DNA from: an uncultured delta proteobacterium
GTDB lineage: Bacteria > Desulfobacterota > Desulfuromonadia > Geobacterales > DSM-12255
Direction: 5' to 3'
Assembly: GCA_963787125.1 (NCBI GenBank)
Contig: CAWBBV010000009.1
Location: 32,001-96,000, forward strand
Length of the DNA stretch: 64,000 bases
Below the pieces are notes generated by a model that was not told the origin of the DNA, did not search any database, and was given only the letters and a program-made list of their open reading frames with translations. Both the position numbers and the translations under genes were made by a program. This document shows, in pieces, positions 1 through 13,292 of this stretch (its first letter is position 1; each line of letters opens with the position of its first letter).

Positions 1-345
1 GGTGTGAAGCGTGAAGACATCGAGCGAGGCCAAGTACTTGCCAAGCCGGGGAGTATCAAACCGCATATGAAATTCAAAGCGGAAGCCTACATACTCACAA
101 AAGAAGAGGGTGGTCGTCATACTCCATTCTTTAATGGCTACCGTCCACAGTTTTATTTTAGAACAACAGACGTAACAGGCATCGCAGAGCTTCCGGCAGG
201 AACAGAAATGGTAATGCCTGGCGATAACGTGGCAATCGTAGTAAACCTCATCACCCCGATAGCTATGGACGAGGGACTTCGCTTTGCAATTCGCGAAGGC
301 GGCCGTACAGTTGGAGCAGGTGTTGTAAGCGCTATTATCGAATAA
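1..345 (+). CDS. tuf: Elongation factor Tu, 3' part (copy 1, runs off window start)
   Basis: EF-Tu C-terminus ([24 protein letters not shown]); near-identical to 16242-16586. Confidence 0.98.
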   Translation, partial: GVKREDIERGQVLAKPGSIKPHMKFKAEAYILTKEEGGRHTPFFNGYRPQFYFRTTDVTGIAELPAGTEMVMPGDNVAIVVNLITPIAMDEGLRFAIREGGRTVGAGVVSAIIE

Positions 346-389
346 AGCAGCATATTTTAATGCGTAAAAAGTAAGCAAAGGAATTCATT

Positions 390-539
390 ATGAGAGATAT
401 CATCACCCTTGCATGTACAGAGTGCAAGCAGAGAAACTATACAACCACCAAAAACAAGAGAACCACTCCTCAGAAGCTTGAGTTTAAAAAGTACTGCCGT
501 TTCTGCAGAGTTCACACTCCGCACAAGGAAACCAAGTAA
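390..539 (+). CDS. rpmG: 50S ribosomal protein L33 (Zn-binding type)
   Basis: Not in ORF track; manual translation [49 protein letters not shown]. Confidence 0.97.
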   Translation: MRDIITLACTECKQRNYTTTKNKRTTPQKLEFKKYCRFCRVHTPHKETK

Positions 540-558
540 GCGATCTGTTTTTATTTGC

Positions 559-635
559 AGGCCAGTAGCTCTAACGGCTAGAGCACCGGTCTCCAAAACC
601 GGGTGTTGGGGGTTCGAATCCCTCCTGGCCTGCCA
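559..635 (+). tRNA. tRNA-Trp (CCA)
   Basis: Acceptor stem AGGCCAG/CTGGCCT, anticodon arm CCGGT-CTCCAAA-ACCGG, T-loop TTCGAAT, encoded CCA end; canonical position between rpmG and secE. Confidence 0.97.
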
Positions 636-665
636 TTTTTCTGCTTACTAGAAGAGGTGTGAACC

Positions 666-851
666 GTGATTGCAAAGACGCGAATATTTTTTGATGAAGT
701 CAAGCAGGAGTTGGACAAGGTAACTTGGCCCACGCGCAAGGAAACTATCGGCACAACCTGGGTTGTTGTCTTTATTGTTGTTCTGATCTCTTTTTACCTC
801 GGAGCTTGTGACCTTGTCCTTGCAAAGCTTCTTCGTTTCTTTTTGGGCTAA
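666..851 (+). CDS. secE: Preprotein translocase subunit SecE
   Basis: ELDKVTWPTRKE motif plus one TM helix; upstream of nusG. Confidence 0.96.
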   Translation: MIAKTRIFFDEVKQELDKVTWPTRKETIGTTWVVVFIVVLISFYLGACDLVLAKLLRFFLG

Positions 852-863
852 AGGGATATAAAA

Positions 864-1391
864 ATGGCACTAAAGTGGTATGGCGTACACACATACTCTG
901 GTTTTGAAAATAAAGTAAAACTCTCTCTTCACGAAAGAGTCAAGAATCAAGGCCTCGAAGAGTTTTTTGGAGAGATACTGATTCCTTCTGAAACCGTGAT
1001 GGAACTAAAAAAGGGTGAGCGTAAAACAACCTCAAGAAAGTTCTTTCCAGGATATATTCTGGTAAATATGGATCTTAATGACGAAACTTGGCATGTAGTG
1101 AAAGAGACTGCCAAGGTCACTGGTTTTGTCGGAGGGAACTCCCCTGCGCCAATAACAGATGAAGAGATCAGCAGAATTACAAAGAAAGTTGAAGAAGGCG
1201 CGGAAAAACCTCGTCCTAAGATCAAGTTTGATGTTGGTGAGACTGTCCGGGTAATTGATGGTCCTTTCCTGAATTTTGCCGGCGTGGTCGAAGATGTTAA
1301 GCCTGATAAGGCTAAGCTTCGCGTTATGGTGAGTATTTTTGGTAGAGCAACACCAGTAGAACTCGAGTTCATGCAAGTCGAAAAACAGTAG
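864..1391 (+). CDS. nusG: Transcription termination/antitermination factor NusG
   Basis: WYGVHTYSGFENKV, FFPGY and KOW motif VIDGPF. Confidence 0.98.
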   Translation: MALKWYGVHTYSGFENKVKLSLHERVKNQGLEEFFGEILIPSETVMELKKGERKTTSRKFFPGYILVNMDLNDETWHVVKETAKVTGFVGGNSPAPITDEEISRITKKVEEGAEKPRPKIKFDVGETVRVIDGPFLNFAGVVEDVKPDKAKLRVMVSIFGRATPVELEFMQVEKQ

Positions 1392-1478
1392 GATTTATTT
1401 CCGGGTGCTATACTCACCTGTTAATTTGGATAATGATACACCGATGGCTCTGCCATCAACAAGTCAAAGGAGTAGCAG

Positions 1479-1904
1479 ATGGCTAAGAAAATTACTGGTT
1501 ATATCAAGCTTCAGGTGCCTGCTGGCAAAGCAAATCCGTCACCGCCGATCGGTCCCGCTCTAGGTCAGCACGGGGTCAACATCATGGAGTTCTGCAAGGC
1601 GTTCAATGCAAAGACTCAGGCTGATGATGTTGGGACTATAACCCCTGTAGTTATAACTGTTTATGCCGACAGGTCTTTTACATTTATAACAAAAACACCG
1701 CCTGTGCCTATTCTTATAAAGAAGGCAATCGGTATATCGAGCGGATCAGCTGTCCCAAACAAGACAAAGGTCGGCAAGCTTACCAATGAGCAAGTTCGTG
1801 AGATCGCGCTGAAAAAAATGCCTGATCTTAATGCTGCCAGTATTGAAGCAGCTATGCGTACCGTAGAAGGCACTGCCCGTAGTATGGGTGTTGATATCGT
1901 TTAG
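1479..1904 (+). CDS. rplK: 50S ribosomal protein L11
   Basis: [24 protein letters not shown]. Confidence 0.99.
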   Translation: MAKKITGYIKLQVPAGKANPSPPIGPALGQHGVNIMEFCKAFNAKTQADDVGTITPVVITVYADRSFTFITKTPPVPILIKKAIGISSGSAVPNKTKVGKLTNEQVREIALKKMPDLNAASIEAAMRTVEGTARSMGVDIV

Positions 1905-1928
1905 GAATACTAGAGAGGTCTGTAGACA

Positions 1929-2630
1929 ATGTCCAAGATTGCTAAGAAGATGAATGCAGCAGCTGTGAAAGTAGACCGTTCCAGGAATTACTCTGTTAAT
2001 GACGGTGTAGATCTTGTCAAAGGTGCAGCTTATGCAAAATTTGATGAAACTGTCGATGTAGCTGTCAGGCTCGGTGTTGACCCACGTCACGCTGATCAGA
2101 TGGTTCGTGGTGCCGTAGTTCTTCCCAATGGACTTGGTAAAGAGGTTAGAGTCCTTGTCTTTGCCAAAGGGGAGAAAGAGAAGGAGGCACGTGATGCAGG
2201 TGCCGATTTCGTAGGTGCAGAGGATCTGGTGACAAAGATTCAGGAAGGCTGGTTTGGCTTTGATACTGCGATTGCAACTCCTGACATGATGGGTGTTGTC
2301 GGCAAGATCGGAAAGTTGCTCGGACCCCGTGGACTTATGCCAAATCCGAAAGTCGGTACTGTTACCTTTGATATCGGGCGGGCTGTGAAAGAGTCAAAAT
2401 CAGGTAAAGTCGAGTTCCGTGTTGAGAAGGCCGGAATCGTGCACGCTCCTGTTGGCAAGACTTCTTTTACTGCGGATGTTCTTAAAGAGAATCTCCTTGC
2501 GCTGGTTGATGCACTTGTTAAAGCAAAACCATCTGCTGCCAAAGGTACTTATATCAAGAAAATATCTATCTCATCAACGATGGGACCTGGTGTCAAGCTT
2601 GATATAGCCGATGTCACTGCAAAAATTTAA
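1929..2630 (+). CDS. rplA: 50S ribosomal protein L1
   Basis: [23 protein letters not shown]. Confidence 0.99.
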   Translation: MSKIAKKMNAAAVKVDRSRNYSVNDGVDLVKGAAYAKFDETVDVAVRLGVDPRHADQMVRGAVVLPNGLGKEVRVLVFAKGEKEKEARDAGADFVGAEDLVTKIQEGWFGFDTAIATPDMMGVVGKIGKLLGPRGLMPNPKVGTVTFDIGRAVKESKSGKVEFRVEKAGIVHAPVGKTSFTADVLKENLLALVDALVKAKPSAAKGTYIKKISISSTMGPGVKLDIADVTAKI

Positions 2631-2644
2631 CATCAGCACTTAAG

Positions 2645-2710
2645 TCCAAAGTCAAAGACAGCAGGTGCCGTTTCGACGGTTTAAAATACAAGCCTGCCGA
2701 GACTAGAAAT
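2645..2710 (+). promoter_or_regulatory. Ribosomal protein L10 leader (autoregulatory RNA), approximate bounds
   Basis: AAGACAGCAGG...TTAA...CCTGCCGAGAC pattern typical of the L10 leader, between rplA and rplJ. Confidence 0.7.
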
Positions 2711-2785
2711 GTTGAAGGATTATATCCTCCAACTTCCGACTTTGGCGGGGCTTTGCCCTTATACCAAAAGAAAGGAGGATGGCGC

Positions 2786-3310
2786 TTGAATAAACAGAAC
2801 AAGCAACAGGTAGTTACAGAAATACATGAAAAGCTCGCTAGAGCTAATGCGGTTTTCGTCGCCGATTTTCGCGGGATGACCGTTGAAAAAGCGACTACGC
2901 TCAGAAATGATTTGCGTGCTGCACAAGTTGAATACAAGGTCGTTAAGAATACACTTCTTGATCTTGCTTCAGCTGATACTGCAGCAGCAGTACTTGCCCC
3001 TTATTTTAAGGGTCCGACAGCTGTCGCAATGACCTATGCTGATCCGGTCGCCGCTGCCAAGGTACTTGCAAAGTATGCCAAAGAGCAGCAGGCAACTTTC
3101 AAACTCAAGGGTGGTGTGCTCTCGGGTAAACTTATTTCCGCAGCCGAGATACAGGCACTTGCTGAGCTTCCAAGCCGCGAGGTTCTGATCGCAAGAATGC
3201 TTGGTTCAATGAACGCACCGGCAACAAATTTTGTTGGTGTTCTAGCCGCTGTTCCGGGCAGTTTCGTCAGGGCACTTGATGCCATAAGACAACAAAAACA
3301 GGGTAATTAA
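2786..3310 (+). CDS. rplJ: 50S ribosomal protein L10
   Basis: [17 protein letters not shown] start chosen after the AAAGGAGG RBS (ORF track start at 2753 is too long). Confidence 0.97.
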   Translation: MNKQNKQQVVTEIHEKLARANAVFVADFRGMTVEKATTLRNDLRAAQVEYKVVKNTLLDLASADTAAAVLAPYFKGPTAVAMTYADPVAAAKVLAKYAKEQQATFKLKGGVLSGKLISAAEIQALAELPSREVLIARMLGSMNAPATNFVGVLAAVPGSFVRALDAIRQQKQGN

Positions 3311-3338
3311 ACCTATATAAAACCTACGGAGGAATGAA

Positions 3339-3713
3339 ATGTCTGTAACTAAAGAAGAAGTGATCAGTTTTATTGAGAATATGACAGTGCTTGAGCTTTC
3401 AGTAATGGTTAAAGAGCTTGAGGAGAAATTTGGTGTTTCTGCTGCTGCTCCTGCCGCTGCTGCTGCTGCCCCTGCTGCTGCTGCTGAGGTTGCAGAAGAG
3501 AAAACAGAGTTTGATGTAATTCTCAAGGCTGCTGGTCCTAATAAGATCAACGTCATTAAGGTTGTGCGTGCACTTACAAGTCTTGGTCTCAAAGAGGCGA
3601 AAGACCTTGTTGATGGTGCACCACAGGCAGTCAAAACAGCAGTTCCTAAGCAAGAAGCAGAAGACGCAAAGAAGCAGCTTGCTGAAGCTGGTGCAGAAGT
3701 AGAAGTTAAGTAA
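3339..3713 (+). CDS. rplL: 50S ribosomal protein L7/L12
   Basis: Ala-rich hinge, [18 protein letters not shown]. Confidence 0.99.
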   Translation: MSVTKEEVISFIENMTVLELSVMVKELEEKFGVSAAAPAAAAAAPAAAAEVAEEKTEFDVILKAAGPNKINVIKVVRALTSLGLKEAKDLVDGAPQAVKTAVPKQEAEDAKKQLAEAGAEVEVK

Positions 3714-3737
3714 ATAAATGTATAAACCCCTTTTGTA

Positions 3738-3770
3738 AGCCAAGGTCGCATTTGCGGCCTTGGCTGTTCT
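3738..3770 (+). terminator. Hairpin (attenuator/terminator-like) between rplL and rpoB
   Basis: AGCCAAGGTCGC-ATTT-GCGGCCTTGGCT followed by a T-rich tract. Confidence 0.55.
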
Positions 3771-3885
3771 ATTTTGTTGGCGGGCTAGTGCTTCGTGACG
3801 CCAACTACTTGAAATAAAACAAATTCAGGTAGTGAGACCAGGACGTTTTCGTCTTTGTTAGTCTTGCACGAAGGAGATACATTTA

Positions 3886-6800
3886 ATGGCTTATTCCATA
3901 GCTAATAACCCCCTCTTACGTAAGAACTTTGCAAAAATCAAGAAGATCATTGATATACCAAATCTAATTGATATTCAGAAAAACTCCTATAAACGATTTC
4001 TTCAAGTTGATATCCCTGCAGAATCCAGAAAAAATATCGGTCTCGAGTCTGTATTTAGAAGCGTTTTCCCTATCAAGGACTTTAGTGAAATATCTTCTCT
4101 TGAGTACGTCACATACTCGCTTGGTACACCTAAGTACGATGTAGAAGAGTGTCATCAGCGGGGTATGACTTTTGCTGCACCAATGAAGGTAAAAGTCCGT
4201 CTGGTTGTATGGGACGTAAATAAAGAGACTGACTCCCGTTCCATTAAAGACATCAAGGAACAGGAGGTCTATTTCGGCGAAATTCCGCTTATGACCGAAA
4301 ATGGTACATTTATAATCAATGGTACCGAGCGGGTTATCGTAAGTCAGTTGCACCGTTCTCCCGGCGTTTTCTATGATCACGACAAAGGGAAAACACATTC
4401 AAGTGGAAAAGTCCTCTATTCAGCCAGAGTAATACCTTATCGTGGTTCCTGGCTTGATTTCGAGTTTGATCATAAAGATATACTGTATGTACGGATTGAT
4501 AGAAGGCGTAAAATGCCTGCAACTGTGCTGCTTAAGGCTCTTGGCTACTCTCTGGAGAGCCTGCTTAACTATTATTATAAGAATGAAGAGATCGTTATTG
4601 ACGGAGAGCGTACTTTTAAAGTTGCAGATCCTGAACTACTTGCAAACCAGAAAAGTACAGCTGATATTTTTAATCCGCAAACCGGCGAAATTATTGTAAA
4701 GGCGAATCGGAAGTTTACTAAAGCGGCTATTCGTAAAATGCAGGAAAACGACATTAAACTCATTCCTGTTACTGATGAAGAGATAGTCGGTAAGTTCTCA
4801 TGTCATGATGTAGTGGATCCATCAACAGGTGAAGTTATAGCTGAGTGTAATGAGGAGATAACCGCTTCAAAGCTTATTGAAATAAAAGTTAGAAATATCC
4901 GTACGTTGAATCTGCTATACATCGACAATCTTTATTCGACTTCTTCTTTCCGGGAGACTCTTCTTGCTGACAAAATGTCTTCCACTGAAGATGCTCTGAT
5001 CGAAATATACAGACGGCTTCGTCCCGGAGATCCGCCTACAATTAAAAGCGCAGTTGCAATGTTTGGGAATCTTTTTTTCAACCCTGAAAGATATGACCTC
5101 TCAACTGTAGGTCGCTTGAAACTTAACTATAAGCTCGGGCTCTCAACTCCTCTAGATTGTCAGATCCTGATCAAAGAGGATATTCTTGAAGTCGTTCGCT
5201 ATTTGATTGATCTTAAAAACGGCAAAGGGAACATCGACGACATCGATCATCTGGGTAACCGTCGTGTAAGAGCAGTAGGTGAGCTTCTGGAAAACCAGTA
5301 CAGAATCGGTTTGGTGAGAATGGAAAGGGCGATCAAGGAGAGAATGAGCCTTCAGGAAGTTGAGAACCTGATGCCTCACGATCTTATCAACTCCAAGCCA
5401 GTATCTGCGGTAGTTAAAGAGTTTTTCGGCTCATCCCAGCTTTCCCAGTTTATGGATCAAACAAATCCTCTTTCTGAGGTGACACATAAACGTCGTCTTT
5501 CAGCCCTAGGACCGGGTGGCTTGACCAGAGAGCGCGCCGGCTTTGAAGTCCGTGACGTCCATCCTACTCACTACGGCCGTGTATGCCCTATCGAAACCCC
5601 TGAGGGCCCGAATATCGGCCTTATTGCATCGTTATCAACTTATGCGCGTATTAACGAGCACGGTTTTGTAGAAACTCCTTACCGGTTAGTTAAGGAAGGA
5701 CAAGTTACCTATGAAGTCAAGTTTTTCTCCGCGCTTGAAGAGGAAGGTCTTGCAATTGCACAGGCTAACGCGGAAATGGACCAGAATGACTGTCTCGTCA
5801 ATGATTACGTTTCAGCTCGTAAATCTGGCGAATATGTTCTTGTGGCCCGTGACGAGATCGAGTTGATGGAAGTTTCACCATTGCAACTTGTTTCTGTTGC
5901 TGCTTCTCTTATACCGTTTCTGGAAAATGACGATGCTAACAGAGCGCTAATGGGCTCCAATATGCAGCGTCAGGCCGTACCATTGCTCAAAGCGGACTCT
6001 CCACTTATCGGAACCGGTATGGAGAGGGTTGTTGCCAGGGATTCAGGTGTTTCAGTTGTTGCAAGACATAATGGCGTGGTCGAATCTGTTGATGCGTCAC
6101 GAATTGTTGTCAAAATAGATGATAACGAATACGACGAGAGTGGCACCGGTGTCGACATTTACAATTTGATCAAGTTTGCAAGATCAAATCAAAATACCTG
6201 TATGAATCAGCGCCCTGTTGTTAAAACAGGGGACAAGGTTAAACGTACTGACGTTATAGCTGACGGTCCTTCGACAGACATGGGCGAGCTTGCTCTTGGT
6301 CAGAATGTAGTAGTTGCCTTTATGCCTTGGGGTGGCTGCAACTTTGAGGACTCGATCCTTATTTCTGAACGACTTGTTAAGGATGACAGATATACATCCA
6401 TTCATATTGAAGAGTTTGAATGCGTGGCCAGGGATACAAAACTTGGCAAGGAAGAGATTACTTCCGACATACCAAATCTTGGTGAAGAGACCCTTAAAGA
6501 TCTGGATGAATCAGGTATTATCAGAGTCGGTGCCGAAGTAAAGCCCGGCGATATTCTTGTAGGTAAGATAACCCCTAAAGGAGAGACTCAGCTCTCTCCG
6601 GAAGAGAAACTGCTCCGTGCTATTTTCGGCGAGAAAGCCGGGGATGTCCGAGATACTTCGCAACGTGTGCCGCCTGGAGTTGAGGGTACTGTCATAGGTG
6701 CCAAAATCTTCTCCCGCAAAGGTGCGGATAAAGACAGCAGAACCGAGGCAATTGAAAAAGCTGAGGAGCTTAGACTGCGTAAAGATGAGCAGGATGAGAT

Positions 6801-7998
6801 AAGAATAATACGTACTTCTGCGACTGACAATATCCGTAGGCTTCTCTCTGGAAAGGTGTCAGGTGTGAAGGTTGAAGGTAAGGACGGCAAAGTAATCATT
6901 GCAAAAGGGAAGACGATTACTGACGAGTCACTTGCAATGATTCCGGTTGACAGATGGGATCAAATTTCAGTTGCTGAAGATGAGAGTATCGAGGAGCGAG
7001 TAGCTGAAATACTTGGCAAGCTTCATCAGAAGATAGATCTTATTAAATACGTTTTTGAAGATAAAGTGCAGAAGCTCAAACGTGGCGACGATCTCCCTCC
7101 AGGAGTTATTAAGATGGTTAAAGTATATATTGCCATCAAACGTAAACTTCAGGTTGGTGACAAGATGGCAGGTCGTCACGGTAACAAAGGTGTAGTTTCA
7201 AGGATACTGCCGGAAGAGGATATGCCTTATATGGAGGACGGTCGTCCTGTAGAGATTGTTCTGAATCCACTTGGTGTACCTTCTCGTATGAACGTCGGTC
7301 AGATTCTGGAAACACATCTCGGCTGGGCAGCCAAGGGTATTGGTTGGAAGATCGAAGAGATGTTGGAGAAGACTTCTTCTGAACCTGCGCTCAGAAAATA
7401 TCTGAAAGATGTTTATGGCGACAAGGATATGAACAAGTTCATTGACGGGCTCGACGAAGAAGAGCTCAGATTGAATGCAAAACGACTCCAACGAGGAGTT
7501 CCTATCGCATCACCGGTATTTGAGGGTGCATCCGAAGATCATATTCAGAAGATGCTCAAACTGGCAGGTTTTGACAGTTCTGCCCAGGTATCTCTCTATG
7601 ACGGAAAAACAGGCGATAAGTTCAGGCATAAAGTTACTGTAGGTGTTATGTATGTTCTTAAACTGCACCACTTGGTAGATGACAAGATTCATGCGCGTTC
7701 AATCGGACCTTACAGTCTCGTAACCCAGCAACCGCTTGGCGGAAAAGCCCAGTTTGGTGGGCAGAGACTCGGTGAGATGGAGGTCTGGGCGATGGAAGCA
7801 TACGGTGCTGCATACGCTCTTCAGGAATTCCTCACGGTAAAATCTGATGATGTCGCTGGTCGGACGCGTATGTACGAGGCCATTGTAAAGGGTAAACACA
7901 CCCTTGAACCCGGTCTCCCTGAGTCATTCAACGTCCTTATCAAAGAGTTGCAGTCACTTTGCCTTGATGTGGAGCTGCTTGAAGCAGAGGATGAATAG
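3886..7998 (+). CDS. rpoB: RNA polymerase beta subunit
   Basis: 1370 aa; [30 protein letters not shown]. Confidence 0.99.
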   Translation: MAYSIANNPLLRKNFAKIKKIIDIPNLIDIQKNSYKRFLQVDIPAESRKNIGLESVFRSVFPIKDFSEISSLEYVTYSLGTPKYDVEECHQRGMTFAAPMKVKVRLVVWDVNKETDSRSIKDIKEQEVYFGEIPLMTENGTFIINGTERVIVSQLHRSPGVFYDHDKGKTHSSGKVLYSARVIPYRGSWLDFEFDHKDILYVRIDRRRKMPATVLLKALGYSLESLLNYYYKNEEIVIDGERTFKVADPELLANQKSTADIFNPQTGEIIVKANRKFTKAAIRKMQENDIKLIPVTDEEIVGKFSCHDVVDPSTGEVIAECNEEITASKLIEIKVRNIRTLNLLYIDNLYSTSSFRETLLADKMSSTEDALIEIYRRLRPGDPPTIKSAVAMFGNLFFNPERYDLSTVGRLKLNYKLGLSTPLDCQILIKEDILEVVRYLIDLKNGKGNIDDIDHLGNRRVRAVGELLENQYRIGLVRMERAIKERMSLQEVENLMPHDLINSKPVSAVVKEFFGSSQLSQFMDQTNPLSEVTHKRRLSALGPGGLTRERAGFEVRDVHPTHYGRVCPIETPEGPNIGLIASLSTYARINEHGFVETPYRLVKEGQVTYEVKFFSALEEEGLAIAQANAEMDQNDCLVNDYVSARKSGEYVLVARDEIELMEVSPLQLVSVAASLIPFLENDDANRALMGSNMQRQAVPLLKADSPLIGTGMERVVARDSGVSVVARHNGVVESVDASRIVVKIDDNEYDESGTGVDIYNLIKFARSNQNTCMNQRPVVKTGDKVKRTDVIADGPSTDMGELALGQNVVVAFMPWGGCNFEDSILISERLVKDDRYTSIHIEEFECVARDTKLGKEEITSDIPNLGEETLKDLDESGIIRVGAEVKPGDILVGKITPKGETQLSPEEKLLRAIFGEKAGDVRDTSQRVPPGVEGTVIGAKIFSRKGADKDSRTEAIEKAEELRLRKDEQDEIRIIRTSATDNIRRLLSGKVSGVKVEGKDGKVIIAKGKTITDESLAMIPVDRWDQISVAEDESIEERVAEILGKLHQKIDLIKYVFEDKVQKLKRGDDLPPGVIKMVKVYIAIKRKLQVGDKMAGRHGNKGVVSRILPEEDMPYMEDGRPVEIVLNPLGVPSRMNVGQILETHLGWAAKGIGWKIEEMLEKTSSEPALRKYLKDVYGDKDMNKFIDGLDEEELRLNAKRLQRGVPIASPVFEGASEDHIQKMLKLAGFDSSAQVSLYDGKTGDKFRHKVTVGVMYVLKLHHLVDDKIHARSIGPYSLVTQQPLGGKAQFGGQRLGEMEVWAMEAYGAAYALQEFLTVKSDDVAGRTRMYEAIVKGKHTLEPGLPESFNVLIKELQSLCLDVELLEAEDE

Positions 7999-8077
7999 GA
8001 AGCCTGCCGTTTGAGTTGATGACGGCAGAAGGTGATCAAAAAATTCAGTTACTCCTACAAACAGGGAGGATAAAGCT

Positions 8078-11000
8078 TTGGAAGATATATTCAACTATTA
8101 CGAAAAACCGAAAGATCCACTTCATTTCTCATCTATCAGGATTTCGATATCATCACCGGAAAAGATCCGAGAGCGCTCATTCGGTGAGGTGAAAAAACCT
8201 GAAACTATTAATTACCGTACATTCAAGCCGGAAAGAGATGGTCTTTTCTGCGCTAAAATCTTTGGTCCAACCAAGGATTATGAATGCAATTGCGGCAAAT
8301 ACAAACGCATGAAGCATCGCGGCATTGTCTGCGAAAAGTGCGGAGTAGAAGTTATTCCGTCAAAAGTCAGGAGAGAGCGACTTGGTCACATAGATCTTGC
8401 CACACCGGTGGCACATATCTGGTTCCTCAAATCACTTCCTTCGAGAATTGGTAATCTCCTTGATATGACTTTGAAAGATCTTGAAAAGGTTCTTTACTTC
8501 GAGGCCTATGCTGTGACAAACCCGAAAAATACCAATTTCGGGCTTGCCGAGGCTCTTACTGAAGACCAATATCAGAAGGCGATGGAGGAGTACTCTGGTG
8601 GTTTTGAAGCCGGAATGGGTGCTGCTGCGATTCGTGAATGCCTCAAAGCGATGGATCTGGATTCATTGGCAGAAACACTGCGCGTTGAAATGGTCGAAGC
8701 AACCAGTGAGGCTAAGAAAAAGAAAACTGCAAAAAGACTCAAAGTTGTTGAAGCGTTCAAGTCTTCAGGTAATAAACCTGAATGGATGATACTGGAGTGT
8801 ATCCCGGTACTTCCTCCTGAACTTCGCCCACTTGTCCCACTTGATGGGGGTAGATTTGCTACTTCTGACCTGAATGATCTGTATAGAAGGGTTATAAATC
8901 GCAATAACAGGCTGAAGCGCTTGATGGAGCTTCAGGCACCCGAAGTGATTATCCGTAACGAGAAGCGGATGCTTCAGGAAGCTGTTGATGCACTGTTCGA
9001 TAATGGTCGTCGGGGTCGTGCTATTGCCGGCCCAAATAAACGGCCGTTGAAATCGCTTTCAGATATGCTCAAAGGTAAGTCTGGTCGTTTCCGTCAGAAT
9101 CTTCTAGGTAAACGAGTCGATTACTCGGGCCGTTCAGTTATTGTCGTTGGTCCTGAACTAAGACTTCACCAGTGCGGATTGCCGAAAAAGATGGCGCTTG
9201 AGCTGTTTAAGCCGTTTATTTATAACAAACTTGAAGAGCGTGGTTATGTAACCACTATAAAAAGTGCCAAAAAAATGGTGGAAAAAGAGCGTCCAGAAGT
9301 ATGGGATGTTCTGGAAGAAGTTATAAAAGAGCACCCGGTTTTGCTGAACCGTGCGCCAACACTCCACCGTCTTGGTATTCAGGCTTTTGAGCCTGTTCTT
9401 ATCGAAGGTAAGGCAATCCAGCTTCACCCTCTCGTCTGTACAGCGTTCAATGCTGACTTTGACGGTGATCAGATGGCTGTCCATCTGCCACTTTCAGTAG
9501 AGAGCCAGGTAGAGGCAAGGGTTTTGATGATGTCCACAAACAACATCCTTTCTCCGGCCCACGGTAAGCCGATTATCGTTCCCTCGCAGGATATGGTTCT
9601 TGGTACGTATCATATGACTCGCGACAGAGAATTTGAGCCTATTATAGATCCAAAGACCAAACAGCAGATAATTGACCCTGAGACCGGCGCTGTGCGCTGG
9701 AAACGCGTAAAAGGTTGTGGGCACATATTCTCAGGTCCAGAAGAGGTGAGAATTGCTTTTGATGCAGGTGAAGTTGACCTTCAGGCCCCTGTTGAAGTCA
9801 GAATAAAAAACTTCAATAATAGTGATGAAAAACCTGAAAGAGTTAAAACTACTGTCGGTCGGGTTATTTTACGTGAAATCCTTCCACCTCAAGTTCCATT
9901 TAGTGCAATCAATAAAGTAATGTCCAAGAAAGAGCTCTCCAATCTTGTTGACACCTGTTATCGTCTTGCAGGCAATAAAGAGACAGTCATTCTTGCTGAC
10001 AGGCTGAAAGAGATCGGGTTCCGTTATTCAACTCTAGCAGGTATCTCAATCTGTATAAATGATATGGTTATTCCTGAAGGTAAACCCGCAATTATCGATC
10101 GTGGTAATGACGAGGTTAAAGAGATACAGAATCAGTATACAGAAGGTCTGATCACAGATGGAGAACGTTATAATAAAGTAATTGATATCTGGGCAAAAGC
10201 TACTGAGGATATTGCCACAGAGATGCTTACCAATCTTTCACGTGAGACCGGAATTACTGACGATGGGGTGATGCACACGGCTAACTCTTTTAATGCTATT
10301 CACATGATGGCCGATTCAGGTGCTCGAGGTTCTGCACAGCAGATTCGACAGCTTGCTGGTATGCGTGGACTTATGGCAAAGCCATCAGGTGAAATTATCG
10401 AAACCCCAATTACTGCAAACTTCCGTGAGGGACTTACTGTTCTGCAGTATTTTATTTCGACTCACGGTGCACGTAAGGGTCTTGCCGATACTGCGTTAAA
10501 GACCGCTAATTCGGGTTATCTTACCCGTAGGCTTGTCGATGTTGCTCAAGATGCCATTATAACTGAAACAGATTGCGGCACAATGGACGGATTGGTCGTT
10601 GCTGCACTTACAGAAGGTGGCGAAATTATCGAGCATATCGGTGACCGTATACTTGGTCGAGTAACTCTGGACGATATACTCGATCCTGTTACAGGCGATG
10701 TTTTGGTTCCATCAAATACTGAAATTGATGAAACCTTCGTTAAAGGGATCGAAGAAGCAGGACTCGAGAAAGTCAAGATACGGTCCGTTCTCACCTGCCA
10801 GAGTCGCAGGGGTATCTGTGCAATGTGTTACGGTCGTGACCTTGCCAGAGGTCATCTCGTGAATATGGGAGAAGCTGTCGGTGTTATTGCAGCTCAGTCT
10901 ATTGGGGAGCCTGGCACTCAGCTTACAATGCGTACATTCCATATCGGTGGTACCGCATCTCGGCGTGCAGAGCAGACCTCTCTTGAAGCTAGAAATGACG

Positions 11001-12277
11001 GCACAATTAAATATATAAACATAAATAGTGTTGTAAATGCGGACGGGCATCATATCGTAATGAACCGAAATGGTGAAATCGCAGTCGCTGATGAGACTGG
11101 TCGAGAAAGAGAGAGATACTCGATCGTCTATGGCGCCAAGATTAAAGTTGCGCCTGGCGCAGCTATTAAAGTCGGTGAGGCGATTGCTGAATGGGATCCG
11201 TTCTCGATGCCGATTCTTACTGAATTCTCTGGACGGATCAAGTTTGGCGATATTATCGAGTCTGTCACCATGGAAGAGCAACTTGATGAGGTTACCGGGC
11301 TTTCGCGCAAAGTTATTATCGAATCCAAGGATCCGGATAAGCGGCCACGGATTGCTATTAAGGATAATTCAACGGAAGGTGGTGGAACTATTGGGCGCTA
11401 TTTCCTTCCAGTTGGTGCGATCATCTCGGTTGCTGATGATGCTGTACTGAATGCAGGCGATGTCATGGCCAAGATGACTCGTGAAACAACCAAGACAAAA
11501 GATATCACAGGTGGTCTGCCACGTGTTGCTGAACTCTTTGAGGCCCGCAAGCCTAAAGACTTTGCAGTTATCTCTGAAATCGATGGTGTTGTTTCTTTTG
11601 GTAAGGACGCAAAAGGGAAGCGTAAGGTTATAGTTAAACCTGAAATCGGCGAGGAGAAAGAATATCTCATCCCTAAGGGTAAGCATATCAGTGTTCATGA
11701 TGGTGATCATGTGAGCGCAGGTGAAGCACTGATGGATGGGTCTTCTAATCCGCACGATATCCTTCGTGTACTTGGTCAGAAAGAGCTTGCTAAATATTTA
11801 GTAGATGAAGTTCAGGAAGTTTATCGTCTTCAGGGTGTAAAGATTAATGATAAACATATAGAGACAATTGTCCGCCAGATGCTCAGAAGGGTCAAGATAA
11901 AGGAAGTAGGAGAGACAACTCTTCTTATTGATGATCAGGTTGAGCGATATGTTTTTGAAGATGAGAATGAAAGGGTTCTTGCAAATGGCGGTAAACCGGC
12001 GATTGCCGAACCACTACTGCTAGGTATTACAAAAGCATCACTTTCAACCGAATCGTTTATTTCAGCAGCATCTTTCCAAGAGACAACAAAAGTCTTGACA
12101 CAGGCAGCCATTGAGGGTAAAGTCGACAGTCTTCGCGGGTTGAAAGAAAACGTCATAATGGGACGGCTGATCCCGGCAGGAACAGGGATATCGCGTTATC
12201 GCTCTCTTAAGGTTATAGCTGATGAGCCGGCAAAGCTCATTCCCGCTGAATCATTAGAGTCAGATCCGATCGGGTAA
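8078..12277 (+). CDS. rpoC: RNA polymerase beta' subunit
   Basis: 1399 aa; catalytic NADFDGD motif, N-terminal Zn finger. Confidence 0.99.
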   Translation: MEDIFNYYEKPKDPLHFSSIRISISSPEKIRERSFGEVKKPETINYRTFKPERDGLFCAKIFGPTKDYECNCGKYKRMKHRGIVCEKCGVEVIPSKVRRERLGHIDLATPVAHIWFLKSLPSRIGNLLDMTLKDLEKVLYFEAYAVTNPKNTNFGLAEALTEDQYQKAMEEYSGGFEAGMGAAAIRECLKAMDLDSLAETLRVEMVEATSEAKKKKTAKRLKVVEAFKSSGNKPEWMILECIPVLPPELRPLVPLDGGRFATSDLNDLYRRVINRNNRLKRLMELQAPEVIIRNEKRMLQEAVDALFDNGRRGRAIAGPNKRPLKSLSDMLKGKSGRFRQNLLGKRVDYSGRSVIVVGPELRLHQCGLPKKMALELFKPFIYNKLEERGYVTTIKSAKKMVEKERPEVWDVLEEVIKEHPVLLNRAPTLHRLGIQAFEPVLIEGKAIQLHPLVCTAFNADFDGDQMAVHLPLSVESQVEARVLMMSTNNILSPAHGKPIIVPSQDMVLGTYHMTRDREFEPIIDPKTKQQIIDPETGAVRWKRVKGCGHIFSGPEEVRIAFDAGEVDLQAPVEVRIKNFNNSDEKPERVKTTVGRVILREILPPQVPFSAINKVMSKKELSNLVDTCYRLAGNKETVILADRLKEIGFRYSTLAGISICINDMVIPEGKPAIIDRGNDEVKEIQNQYTEGLITDGERYNKVIDIWAKATEDIATEMLTNLSRETGITDDGVMHTANSFNAIHMMADSGARGSAQQIRQLAGMRGLMAKPSGEIIETPITANFREGLTVLQYFISTHGARKGLADTALKTANSGYLTRRLVDVAQDAIITETDCGTMDGLVVAALTEGGEIIEHIGDRILGRVTLDDILDPVTGDVLVPSNTEIDETFVKGIEEAGLEKVKIRSVLTCQSRRGICAMCYGRDLARGHLVNMGEAVGVIAAQSIGEPGTQLTMRTFHIGGTASRRAEQTSLEARNDGTIKYININSVVNADGHHIVMNRNGEIAVADETGRERERYSIVYGAKIKVAPGAAIKVGEAIAEWDPFSMPILTEFSGRIKFGDIIESVTMEEQLDEVTGLSRKVIIESKDPDKRPRIAIKDNSTEGGGTIGRYFLPVGAIISVADDAVLNAGDVMAKMTRETTKTKDITGGLPRVAELFEARKPKDFAVISEIDGVVSFGKDAKGKRKVIVKPEIGEEKEYLIPKGKHISVHDGDHVSAGEALMDGSSNPHDILRVLGQKELAKYLVDEVQEVYRLQGVKINDKHIETIVRQMLRRVKIKEVGETTLLIDDQVERYVFEDENERVLANGGKPAIAEPLLLGITKASLSTESFISAASFQETTKVLTQAAIEGKVDSLRGLKENVIMGRLIPAGTGISRYRSLKVIADEPAKLIPAESLESDPIG

Positions 12278-12309
12278 GTGCTTACCGTTCATCATTGTGA
12301 AAAAATGTC

Positions 12310-12338
12310 TTGACAGCTAATTCAATAATTGTTATGTT
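12310..12338 (+). promoter_or_regulatory. Sigma70-type promoter of the str operon
   Basis: TTGACA-17 nt-TATGTT with an extended TG, upstream of rpsL. Confidence 0.65.
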
Positions 12339-12391
12339 CAGCGCTTCGCACGCAAGGGCTGTCATGACTATGCAGCAGGAGAGTTAAGTTA

Positions 12392-12763
12392 ATGCCAACA
12401 ATTAATCAGCTAATACGTCAAGGTAGAGAAAGCAAGCGAGATAAGTCAACAGCTCCTGCTTTGAAAAGTTGCCCCCAGAAAAGGGGTGTCTGTACAAGGG
12501 TTTATACAACAACTCCGAAAAAGCCTAACTCAGCTTTGCGCAAAGTCGCAAGGGTTCGACTTACAAATGGCATTGAGGTCACGTCCTATATTCCGGGTGT
12601 GGGGCATAATCTTCAGGAGCACTCTGTGGTTCTGATTCGGGGTGGTAGGGTAAAAGATTTACCTGGTGTTCGTTATCACATAGTAAGGGGGACTCTGGAC
12701 TCTGTTGGTGTTAAGGGTCGTCTTAAGAGTCGTTCCAAGTACGGCGCAAAGCGCCCTAAGTAG
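12392..12763 (+). CDS. rpsL: 30S ribosomal protein S12
   Basis: [20 protein letters not shown]. Confidence 0.99.
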   Translation: MPTINQLIRQGRESKRDKSTAPALKSCPQKRGVCTRVYTTTPKKPNSALRKVARVRLTNGIEVTSYIPGVGHNLQEHSVVLIRGGRVKDLPGVRYHIVRGTLDSVGVKGRLKSRSKYGAKRPK

Positions 12764-12787
12764 TCAGTTAACTGTGAGGGTATAAGT

Positions 12788-13258
12788 ATGCCTAGAAGAA
12801 GAGAAGTTGCTAAACGTATAATACTGCCTGATCCTAAGTTCGGGGATCGAACAGTTGCCAAGCTTGTTAATATACTTATGCTCGATGGTAAGAAGAGTAC
12901 GGCAGAGCGCGCACTTTATGATGCTCTTGATGTGGCTGCTGGGCGCTTGAGTGATGAGCCTGTAAAGCTTCTCAAAAAGGCTCTCGATAATATCAAGCCG
13001 ATGCTTGAAGTTAAATCCCGCCGTGTTGGTGGTTCAACTTATCAGGTGCCTATTGAGGTGAGGACGGAGAGAAGAATTTCTCTAGCCATGAGATGGTTGA
13101 TAAAGTATGCGGTTCTTCGCTCCGAAAAAACCATGACTGATAAGCTGGCTGGTGAGATATCTGACGCTTATAATAATCGTGGCTCAGCTGTTAAGAAGCG
13201 TGAAGACACGCATAAAATGGCAGAGGCAAACAGGGCTTTTGCTCATTATCGCTGGTAG
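12788..13258 (+). CDS. rpsG: 30S ribosomal protein S7
   Basis: [24 protein letters not shown]. Confidence 0.99.
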   Translation: MPRRREVAKRIILPDPKFGDRTVAKLVNILMLDGKKSTAERALYDALDVAAGRLSDEPVKLLKKALDNIKPMLEVKSRRVGGSTYQVPIEVRTERRISLAMRWLIKYAVLRSEKTMTDKLAGEISDAYNNRGSAVKKREDTHKMAEANRAFAHYRW

Positions 13259-13292
13259 TTTTCGAAAGCGTAATTATATTCGGGAGTAAATT

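Noticed and set aside
409..651. 80-aa ORF in the track
   Set aside because: Overlaps rpmG in another frame and the tRNA-Trp
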